A DNA stretch of 64,000 nt from Macrostomum hystrix (taxonomy: Eukaryota; Animalia; Platyhelminthes), in assembly GCA_950097015.1 (NCBI GenBank), contig CATNEN010000039.1:868001-932000 (forward strand), written 5' to 3'. Shown here piece by piece: positions 13,042-23,900 of this stretch. The notes below the pieces were generated by a model. The model had not been told where the DNA came from and searched no databases. It saw only the letters and a program-made list of their open reading frames with translations. Each line of letters starts with the position of its first letter. Position 1 is the first letter of the stretch. The position numbers were made by a program, and so were the translations under genes.

Positions 13042-15116
13042 GCTGAGACCGCTGCCACCAGTGTAAGACGCTGGTTTGTCAGGTAGCATGCACACAAAAC
13101 GCGAAGAGCCATACCGGCTCGCTAGCACTATTATATTTGGCCAGAAACACTGGGGTGGGCGTACCCACCCCCCAATCACGCCACGCAAGCACGCACGCAG
13201 GCGTGTACGCTCTACCCCCCGCAGTGTACACTGCGGGCCGCGAACTCTAAGCTGCTTACATTATATAGGGTTATTTTAAGCCAAAATTAGATCCATCGAC
13301 GAGGTTGATGCCCGGCTGTAGCTTGAGCCAAGGTGACAAATCATAGTAGACTCGCGGCCGCTGTCCTGAGCCCCGGGGTAGCTTCTTGCCGAGGGTAGAC
13401 AGGTAGTGAGGCCGGGTCGCTCGCTGATTGGCCGAGACTGTAGCCCAGGGGTAGCGCTCGTGGGGCGGTGTCGTCCGCTCCCCCGGCTAGTCCGGCCCGG
13501 GTCGGCGTGACTCTTAGCAAAAAAATAATTTGCGTGACAACGTACTGAGCATTAACTTTGAAAAAAAAAACACGGTGAGACAGAAGGACAAAAGCTACCC
13601 GCGACAAACTGTCTATCCCCTTCTTGGATTAGTTAGCTTGTTACATCTGGCGACCACGCCAGGACCATGAAAGTTGCGGCTAAGGAAGCCTGCACCTGCA
13701 GCCTATAATAAGGATATCCTGCAGCCGACGGTTGCTATGACCGCTACGACCGCTACGACCGCTCCGACGACCAAGCGTACAATAGCGGGAATTGAGCCGG
13801 TGACGCTATGGAATGCTCCGGGATCTTGATCCCTTGCTATTCACGATCGATGAGCCAAGGGACGGGCTACAGCGGGCAACCAGCAGCACAACCCACCAGC
13901 ACGAGCCACCGTTTCAATCATCGATTGGCTGCCAGCAAGAACCCCGCGAGCCATGCCACTACCCAGCCTGACACTACCAGGATTGCGGTCGGCGCAGCTA
14001 CGCGGCAGCCATTTCAAATGCAGTTCCGCTACACTGCAGAGCTTGGAGCCCCCTATCCTGAGGGTCGACCGAGCGTTGCTGCCCGAAAGCCAGCTCCACT
14101 TTCTCATCGTCAGACAGTGTAAACGTCACTGTGCCTTGTAGTTTCGCCCTCAATGGCGTAAATTGCACAAGCCCCTAAAGCCTGCGCACTAATTTAACGT
14201 GCATGGCTTAGACGCGGAATCGAGCTCAGGGACCTTGGTGCGAGAGGCAAATGCGATATTTATTCTGCCACTGGCATGAACACGTGATGCACGTGTACTA
14301 AAGTGAACTCCTGTTTCTAAGACAGCATCCTTCAACGGTTCGGAACCTTTTGACGATTTCCTGGGCCGAGTGTCAAGGTATCTCGACCGCCACCAAAGAC
14401 TAAGCGACCAACAGAAGTCACCGCTTCTGTCCAATGGCGCTGATTGTGGCTCCTTCTGAAAGTGCAGAGCCTCCCGGGGTTGGTTCTCATCCAGAGAGCT
14501 GAGCCTCTCGGGTGTCTGCTGGGGTCGGACCCCAGTCCACAGGCATGAACATCGTGCGGTCAGCTTGGCTCAGGCGGCACCTAAGACCCAGCAGAACAAC
14601 AGAAATTTGGCGTGGGCGGCATTTGAACAACAGTGCTGGGCGTGATGCATTATTTTCCAAATCGGTTTATCGCGGTGGCCAAACTCTGTGCACCAGTCGT
14701 GCTGGGTTGGGATTTTCTCGTACAGCACGACATCTCTATTCACTTGCGATCAGGCCACTATGCAGGAGTCCAATGGTGGCCAGGAGGTCGCTGCGAACAA
14801 CTCGGCAGGCGGCAAAGAAATGCAATCAGCGGCTACTGTGTGACTAAAACCAGCCGAGAGAGCTGGGTTATTCCTGCTTGGCCAGCTTAGAGCAGCTGCT
14901 TCGGACTCGGAGGCAACAGGCGTCATCTGTGGCAGCCAGTCAGCAAAAGCGATGATCGGACGCTGTGTATCTAAGCTGGCCAGTCATCAACATAAGCGAT
15001 GAGCCAGTGGAAATCGCTGAGGGTGACGTTGTCGACAATTACTTTCTCTTGGGCAGTTTCTCGACAATGCACTATCAGATTCAACACAAGGACAGAAAAG
15101 GCACGACTTTCCAACT

Positions 15117-16082
15117 CTAAATAAAGTTACAGCTTAAATTTAAAGAGCTCTTGAAAGAAAAAAGTCCGGCTGAACTGTATGACGAGCTTTTGGCTTCAAA
15201 GACAGAAAAAGAGATAGACGAGAATGACTTTTCGCGCGTCAAATCTCTTCCAGCCATTCGGCGAATTAACGCGAAGCTAGAAGTCAAAGAAGAAGGACGC
15301 GTGCACAAAATGTCATTAAAGAACTTCATATTAGGCAAAAAATTATGCGAAATACGGACATTGAAAGTAAATCCATGAAAGGCTTCATTCAAAGCTTTGA
15401 GTTCGATCCGTTTCTAATAACGTTGTTATTCTAAAGTGCAGCTTTTTCGAACAGCTACTAAGAGACGACAGCGCCGCAGCAGCTCAGAGCCTCTTGGACT
15501 GCGCTGACTCAACTGCGACTAAAATTCTGTGTCCAGTTCTGCTGAACTATCACTACTTTATAGTTTTTATACGTCAACCTGCAAACCAAGGAATTTTCGC
15601 TTCTTGATCCCATGGTGCAAAATGAAACTCGCCGATCGAATCAGTACCTAGAAGCTTGGAAAAAATTTGCAGGCAGTCAAGAAAAGCAAAATATAATGCC
15701 CAGCGCATATGGGCAGTACAAGAAGCGCTCGTTTCTTCACTCCATGCAAAAAGATTCATGCAACTGCGGTGTTTTTGTCTGTCTGTTTTGTGTTACATTA
15801 TGATACATAATTACAGCAGCAGGATTTAGCAACTTAATGATTCCGACCAGCCAGAGGTTTTTTAATGCTGCTCGAAATTACATTTGGAAAACGATTGAAA
15901 GCAACTGTCAGAAATTATCGATGGAATCCGACACTTGCAAAGTATGCAAGGACAGCACCAGAAGTGAGACATTGTGGATCCAGTGCGATCTCTGTGATGC
16001 CTGGATTCACAGTCGATGCGCCGATTCCGAATTATTGATTCGTCATCAATCTGGTGCCTTTGTGTCTTGCTGCACTAATTGA
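15117..16082 (+). pseudogene. Degraded DNA-transposon-associated Ulp1-like protease plus PHD finger fragments
   Basis: QKDSCNCGVFV (Ulp1/C48 catalytic Cys motif) and CKVC..WIQCDLCDAWIHSRC (PHD), interrupted by stops and frameshifts. Confidence 0.6.
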
Positions 16083-16400
16083 TCGAGCGTTTTGGCGTTT
16101 TGGCTCAGGCCTCAGCACCGCGAGTCACATTCGCTTTCGTATCAATAGCTTTTCTTAATCAATTTTTGTTGAAGTGCCACAGATTAAAACCGTTGCATAT
16201 TGAGTGGTTACCATGCTAAACTACTAAGTAGTAGTATATAGATTCCATTTCTTATGCACAAATGTATTTTCTTATTTTGCATGCTTGCTCACCAAGAAGG
16301 TTGGCTCATCACTTATTGTACCTGTATTTTGCCGTTTATTCGCTGTTTCTCATTCCATTTTTATGTGCATCATATAGCTTCAGTGGTAACAGTTTGGTAA

Positions 16401-16499
16401 CATGAGGTCAACAAACAAGACAGAGTTAAACCCATACTATGTCTAGTATGGTTTAACACACACACATGGTTTAACTCTGTATTGTTTGTTGACCTCATG
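16401..16499. repeat. ~100-bp foldback hairpin (mini-MITE or hairpin RNA)
   Basis: CATGAGGTCAACAAACAAGACAGAGTTAAACC pairs with GGTTTAACTCTGTATTGTTTGTTGACCTCATG (1 mismatch). Confidence 0.8.
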
Positions 16500-17249
16500 C
16501 CAAGGAAGGCATAGTTTTTTCTTCATGTTATTAATTTATTAATATACATTAAGTAGCCTTATTAATTTAAAAGAACATGTTCTCGGAACAAAGAACATGT
16601 TCGGAGTTGCCTATTAGGCGACCGTCGCGCATGTTCGATTACCGTTTCTTAGACCCTATCTCTGTCAACACGGGTGATCTTGTGATCTTTCTTTGTGATC
16701 ATAGGCTGGGGTAGGGAGACGTACTTTAAGGGTCTACTGCTCCGGCGCTGGATGCTGTAGGAAGCTGAAATTGCACGTGCTTCATCTACAGCCATGGCAA
16801 TTAATATTTTTCTTATATGTTACGACCCTTTGTTTTAACTTTTATTTTTTCCGGTACTGGTCTGATTACTACTGGGAAATAGGACGTACAAAACAGAACA
16901 CAAAAAATTGCCTATACTATCATAATAAACTAACTACTAGGAGTGTGAACACAAGTTTTGCCCAAATTTTTGTTATTGTAACTTTACTTATCATAATAAT
17001 AATTACATTCAATTTAGTAATACTAGTTTGTCTACTTCTCTTTTGTATGTTGGAAGCTTCAATGTAACACAAGGAAATTTTATACTTTATACTAGGCCTA
17101 ATTATAGTTGCCAACATGGTAACTAACAAAGTAACAACTAGGCTTTGGCTTGCTGCCTACTAGCTGGCAGTAACAGTTTACTGATTACCTTTCAGTATCA
17201 GTGTAGCTACTAAACTCTAGTCTAGGGGAATTTTTTGTTAATGCACTTA

Positions 17250-18529
17250 CGTCTATACTTCCAGTACCAGAACCAGTACCAGAACCAGTACCAGAAAAAA
17301 ATTATGTTATAGCCTTTACTTATATTCTGGGAGGGCTCTGAAATTTTACAGCCGTGTTCACAGATAATATTTCCTTCCAGATCTGAGTTTTCAGCGTCGT
17401 CTGACCACCAGATTCTGGGAGGTGACGAAAAGTACTTTTAAAATGGGAGATATCAGAGTGGGGGGGACTCGAGGGTCTACAACTCCGAGACGCGACTAGT
17501 CAGGGCTCTGAAATTTTACAGCCGTGTTCACAGATAATGTTTCCTTCCAGATCTGAGTTTTCAGCTTCTTTTGACCACCAGATTCAGTGAGGTGACGAAA
17601 AGTACTTTTAAAATGGGAGATATCAGAGTGGGGGGGACTCGAGGGTCTACAACTCCGAGACGCGACTAGTCAGGGCTCTGAAATTTTACAGCCGTGTTCA
17701 CAGATAATGTTTCCTTCCAGATCTGAGTTTTCAGCTTCTTTTGACCACCAGATTCAGTGAGGTGACGAAAAGTACTTTTAAAATGGGAGATATCAGAGTG
17801 GGGGGGACTCGAGGGTCTACAACTCCGAGACGCGACTAGTCAGGGCTCTGAAATTTTACAGCCGTGTTCACAGATAATGTTTCCTTCCAGATCTGAGTTT
17901 TCAGCTTCTTTTGACCACCAGATTCAGGGAGGTGACGAAAAGTACTTTTAAAGTGGGAGAAATCAGAGTGGGGGGGACTCGAGGGTCTACAACTCCGAGA
18001 CGCGACTAGTCAGGGCTCTGAAATTTTACAGCCGTGTTCACAGATAATGTTTCCTTCCTTATCTTTGCTCTCAGCTGTATATGATGTACGAGTAATAATC
18101 CTGCGAAGCGCAAAAGTGAGGTTATATTTTTAGTTTTTTTTTATGAAGTTTACGATGATTATAAAAATAATAAATTATACAAACACATTCAATGAGGTGA
18201 GTTTTGAGTTGTGATTTTAGTAGTTGCGATATTTAGTAAACCGCTTTTTGTATTCGTTTACTCAGTTGGTTGAGCAAATTTGTTTTATTCTATGAAAAAA
18301 ATATATTAGAAAACGTTTTGTGAAAGTAAACGATTTTTTTGTGTGTTGTGCGCAAGTCCGTCGATATTTATTAATTTTATTCTCAATAATGATATTTTCG
18401 GACCGATATATAAGTATTTCATCTGTTAGAAGTCTTTCTATTAGTTGCTTGTCGATTTTTTGTTGGCTGTAACATAATTTTTTTCTGGTACTGGTTCTGG
18501 TACTGGTTCTGGTACTGGAAGTATAGACG
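17250..18529. mobile_element. Non-autonomous TIR element (TA TSD, Tc1/mariner-like MITE) with an internal 170-bp tandem array
   Basis: ~65-bp TIRs at 17250-17314 and 18465-18529 containing CCAGTACCAGAA sub-repeats, flanked by TA. Array units start at 17333, 17503, 17673, 17843 and 18013. Confidence 0.88.
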
Positions 18530-19240
18530 TAATGCATGCACTTAATTTTCAGTATATGTATTTGCTCTAGGAGGCCTAAGTATATAGTAGTCCTATTGTT
18601 ATATGGCTTTTTTATATTATAAATTCAATTTTCATCAACTGCAATATGCTTATAATTAATAATCAATGTTTGTTATATTTAAAATTAAAATTAATTTTAA
18701 ATTGAAATTGACTGAATCTTAGTAGGGGCCTATAGGCCTATTACAAGCAACCAAGCAACCAAGATTTTCATTTTTAGTATGTAAGAAAACACTCATTCAT
18801 TATATATTTATTTAATTAGTGCCAGTGACAACTTACAATACAAGTGCCCTTGTGGTAAGACATTTTCAAATCTCAAACTTAGGCCTACTGAATCACTTGT
18901 TGTTTAGACAACCTTAATATATAGTCCTTTTAGGCTTCTATGAGTCATAGGTTTCCACAATCAAACATATGTATTTTTCAATATCCAATGCTGGCTTTAT
19001 ATCTATTAGGCCTATTCACTCAAACTCCCTTTATTTCTTTTGTCTAATATAATTCATAAATATTTTCTTATTTGGTCATTCCTAACAGCTGAACAGCTCA
19101 AATTATAGTATATAATATACTATATAGTTCATAGTATATTATAAATATTTTACAAGAAATATAACAATCTAGGCCTATAGGTCTTTGCACTGCCTAAGTG
19201 ACTACATTGCTAATGACAAATACTTGTTGCTTTAATATAG

Positions 19241-19969
19241 GGCAGAGCTTATTCCCACGGTCCTGTGCCGATAACTTCAATTTTATCCACACGGATCCAT
19301 GCCGATAATTTTCTGCTTATCCACACGGCAGCTTGTATGAATAGGTCTAAAACTCTTTATACAAATATGCCGTGCCATTAATTTCAATTTTATCTGCACG
19401 GTTCTGTTTTTTGAAATGAGGCCCTTTCGGGTTTGAATGTTTTGTTGAACCCTCAAGCCAATAGATTGACAAAGTTGCCAGTGCATTACAACTGTGTTCT
19501 ACATTTCGACCTACACATTCATTAACTGACATTAATGTCATCCTTTTTAATTATTTCAATAACAACTTACTAAATCTTTTGTCACTGTTACGTGTTTTCA
19601 TTCGAATTGTATTGACTTAAAAAGTAAGAAGTCTATCAAAGAAAATCATACGAGTCAACCAGCAGAATTCTAGTCAGCACCAAACTCATATATTATCACA
19701 CACATCACATACACATCACACACACATCACACACATCAAACACATATATTATCACACATCATTGTTATTATTTTACACTATGCATTGATAATGTACACTA
19801 TACACTATACTCTGAAGCAAAAGCCTTATGCTCAGAGAAGAATAGGTAGGGACTTGAAAGTAGACCTATTCATACAAGCTACCATGTGGATAAGCAGAAA
19901 ATTATTGGCATGGATCCATGTGGATAAAATTGAAATTATCGGCATGGGACCATGGGAATAAGCACTTCC
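19241..19969. mobile_element. Mutator-like (MULE) non-autonomous element
   Basis: 109-bp TIRs at 19241-19349 and 19861-19969. Perfect 9-bp TSD TTAATATAG at 19232-19240 and 19970-19978. Confidence 0.9.
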
Positions 19970-20988
19970 TTAATATAGAGACAATTAAGCTAATACTCAA
20001 ATTAAGCAATCAAATTAATCAAGTTAATCAAAAAGGTATATTAAAGAAAGTTAGCTATGTTGCAAAAAAAATTAAATGCTAACAAACTAATGTAGTGTTA
20101 ACATTCATAAAAATATAATTAAAAAAATGTCTATAAAAGAGCTTGATATATAGTTCCAGTTTTCTAACATATATATTGTTAAGTTACAAAAATACATAGG
20201 ACTAGTATCTTTGCTTGATGTAATACTTTTCAGATTTTTGCCTGTCCTAAGCTTGTCTGCTTAACATATACCTATAAAAAATGCACTTGTCTATGTATTA
20301 CTCAGAAATACTAGTTTGTAAATAGATACATCTATTAATTTTTAAGCAACAGATAAGACCTACATTTGGATCTCATTTTTGTTAGTTTTATTCCAGTAAA
20401 GTAGTTCTATTTACCTATTTGAGGCAGTAAAATACATGTATATAAGCAAAAGAAGTAAAATATACTATTATAAAAAATAACCTTTTTTGTAAAGGAACAG
20501 TGAAAATCTGTTGAGCTGCTTAGAAGAAGGTTGATTATAAACAACAAAATTCAAGGAAGCAAGATTTTATGTTTTAGTATTCATTCATTAGATTTAATTT
20601 TAATGCGTTCTTAATACTAGTAAAAATAGTTAAATTTGTAAAATGCACTGCAAAGCAAAGTGTTCAAAATATTTTTTTGGCCTGGTTATTTCATATTAAT
20701 AAAGCATTTAAGTGCATTTAAAGAGTGTTACACATACAAAAATTCTGATTTAAAACAAGGTGGAGCTTTGTCCATAATAGCACAGCTTTTTTATTTAATT
20801 CAGCAGTTTCTCATTTTTTGCTCCTTAAATCAAAATAGTATCATAACACCTTTTCTAAATACAAGTATTCTGTTCTAATATTCATTACTGCCATTAATGT
20901 CTTCAGAGAAATAATGTGAAGCTTGGTTAAGATCTCATTGCAAAGTAGCCAACTAGCCAAAGTGTAGGCATTCTGTTCTGGCCTAAAA

Positions 20989-23900
20989 ATGTTTGCTGGG
21001 CAGCGGATTTTCATTCTGCAAGGCGGCTCTGTGTCCAGACAGCAGATTCGCCTGCTGTCTGCTGCACTGATCAAGGCTGGTGCCTCGATTGCTGATAAAA
21101 TTGTCACGCAAGATGTAAGACAATACAATGCTGTACTTTAGAACTCTGTTTGTCCATGGCCAGTTCCAGTCCTTCATTGTTTGCTCAGTTCCAGTCCTTC
21201 ATTGTTTGCTCAGTTCCAGTCCTTCATTGTTTGCTCAGTTCCAGTCCTTCATTGTTTGCTCAGTTCCAGTCCTTCATTGTTTGCTCAGTTCCAGTCCTTC
21301 ATTGTTTGCTCAGTTCCAGTCCTTCATTGTTTGCTCAGTTCCAGTCCTTCATTGTTTGCTCAGTTCCAGTCCTTCATTGTTTGCTCAGTTCCAGTCCTTC
21401 ATTGTTTGCTCAGTTCCAGTCCTTCATTGTTTGCTCAGTTCCAGTCCTTCATTGTTTGCTCAGTTCCAGTCCTTCATTGTTTGCTCAGTGCCAGTCCTCC
21501 ATTGTTTGCTCAGTTCCAGTCCTTCATTGTTTGCTCAGTTCCAGTCCTTCATTGTTTGCTCAGTGCCAGTCCTCCATTGTTTGCTCAGTTCCAGTCCTCC
21601 ATTGTTTGCTCAGTTCCAGTCCTTCATTGTTTGCTCAGTTCCAATCCTTCATTGTTTGCTCAGTTCCAGTCCTTCATTGTTTGCTCAGTTCCAGTCCTTC
21701 ATTGTTTGCTCAGTTCCAGTCCTTCATTGTTTGCTCAGTTCCAGTCCTTCATTGTTTGCTCAGTTCCAGTCCTTCATTGTTTGCTCAGTTCCAGTCCTTC
21801 ATTGTTTGCTCAGTTCCAGTCCTTCATTGTTTGCTCAGTTCCAGTCCTTCATTGTTTGCTCAGTTCCAGTCCTTCATTGTTTGCTCAGTTCCAGTCCTTC
21901 ATTGTTTGCTCAGTTCCAGTCCTTCATTGTTTGCTCAGTTCCAGTCCTTCATTGTTTGCTCAGTTCCAGTCCTTCATTGTTTGCTCAGTGCCAGTCCTCC
22001 ATTGTTTGCTCAGTTCCAGTCCTTCATTGTTTGCTCAGTTCCAGTCCTTCATTGTTTGCTCAGTGCCAGTCCTCCATTGTTTGCTCAGTTCCAGTCCTCC
22101 ATTGTTTGCTCAGTTCCAGTCCTTCATTGTTTGCTCAGTTCCAATCCTTCATTGTTTGCTCAGTTCCAGTCCTTCATTGTTTGCTCAGTTCCAGTCCTTC
22201 ATTGTTTGCTCAGTTCCAGTCCTTCATTGTTTGCTCAGTTCCAGTCCTTCATTGTTTGCTCAGTTCCAGTCCTTCATTGTTTGCTCAGTTCCAGTCCTCC
22301 ATAGTTTGCTCAGTTCCAGTCCTTCATTGTTTGCTCAGTTCCAGTCCTTCATTGTTTGCTCAGTTCCAGTCCTTCATTGTTTGCTCAGTTCCAGTCCTTC
22401 ATTGTTTGCTCAGTTCCAGTCCTTCATTGTTTGCTCAGTTCCAGTCCTTCATTGTTTGCTCAGTTCCAGTCCTTCATTGTTTGCTCAGTTCCAGTCCTTC
22501 ATTGTTTGCTCAGTTCCAGTCCTTCATTGTTTGCTCAGTTCCAGTCCTTCATTGTTTGCTCAGTTCCAGTCCTTCATTGTTTGCTCAGTTCCAGTCCTTC
22601 ATTGTTTGCTCAGTTCCAGTCCTTCATTGTTTGCTCAGTTCCAGTCCTTCATTGTTTGCTCAGTTCCAGTCCTTCATTGTTTGCTCAGTTCCAGTCCTTC
22701 ATTGTTTGCTCAGTTCCAGTCCTTCATTGTTTGCTCAGTTCCAGTCCTCCATTGTTTGCTCAGTTCCAGTCCTTCATTGTTACTCAGTTCCAGTCCTTCA
22801 TTGTTTGCTCAGTGCCAGTCCTCCATAGTTTGCTCAGTTCCAGTCCTCCATTGTTTGCTCAGTTCCAGTCCTTCATTGTTACTCAGTTCCAGTCCTTCAT
22901 TGTTTGCTCAGTTCCAGTCCTCCATAGTTTGCTCAGTTCCAGTCCTCCATTGTTTGCTCAGTTCCAGTCCTCCATAGTTTGCTCAGTTCCAGTCCTTCAT
23001 TGTTTGCTCAGTTCCAGTCCTTCATTGTTTGCTCAGTTCCAGTCCTTCATTGTTTGCTCAGTTCCAGTCCTTCATTGTTTGCTCAGTTCCAGTCCTCCAT
23101 TGTTTGCTCAGTTCCAGTCCTCCATTGTTTGCTCAGTTCCAGTCCTCCATTGTTACTCAGTTCCAGTCCTCCATTGTTTGCTCAGTTCCAGTCCTCCATA
23201 GTTTGCTCAGTTCCAGTCCTCCATTGTTTGCTCAGTTCCAGTCCTTCATTGTTTGCTCAGTTCCAGTCCTTCATTGTTTGCTCAGTTCCAGTCCTCCATT
23301 GTTACTCAGTTCCAGTCCTCCATTGTTTGCTCAGTTCCAGTCCTTCATTGTTTGCTCAGTTCCAGTCCTTCATTGTTTGCTCAGTTCCAGTCCTCCATTG
23401 TTTGCTCAGTTCCAGTCCTTCATTGTTTGCTCAGTTCCAGTCCTTCATTGTTACTCAGTTCCAGTCCTCCATTGTTACTCAGTTCCAGTCCTCCATTGTT
23501 TGCTCAGTTCCAGTCCTTCATTGTTTGCTCAGTTCCAGTCCTTCATTGTTTGCTCAGTTCCAGTCCTTCATTGTTACTCAGTTCCAGTCCTCCATTGTTT
23601 GCTCAGTTCCAGTCCTTCATTGTTTGCTCAGTTCCAGTCCTCCATTGTTTGCTCAGTTCCAGTCCTTCATTGTTTGCTCAGTTCCAGTCCTCCATTGTTT
23701 GCTCAGTTCCAGTCCTCCATTGTTTGCTCAGTTCCAGTCCTTCATTGTTTGCTCAGTTCCAGTCCTTCATTGTTACTCAGTTCCAGTCCTCCATTGTTAC
23801 TCAGTTCCAGTCCTCCATTGTTTGCTCAGTTCCAGTCCTTCATTGTTTGCTCAGTTCCAGTCCTTCATTGTTTGCTCAGTTCCAGTCCTTCATTGTTACT

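Larger units (their letters stand above)
8342..13260 (-). mobile_element. Full-length young Ty3/Gypsy LTR retrotransposon
   Basis: 199-bp TG..CA LTRs at 8342-8540 and 13062-13260 with one visible mismatch. TTAT TSD at 8338-8341 and 13261-13264. tRNA-Leu-type PBS TGGTGGCAGCGGT next to the 5' LTR and PPT AGGGGGAAAGTAG next to the 3' LTR. Confidence 0.97.
7602..15050 (+). mobile_element. Older degenerate LTR retrotransposon: LTR ~7602-13645 split by the younger element, then PBS and decayed gag/protease
   Basis: TGTAA start at 7602 and TGTTACA end at 13645. PBS-like TGGCGACCACG at 13648. Retroviral protease-like VVLGWDFL in ORF 14633-14890; reading frames are broken. Confidence 0.5.
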
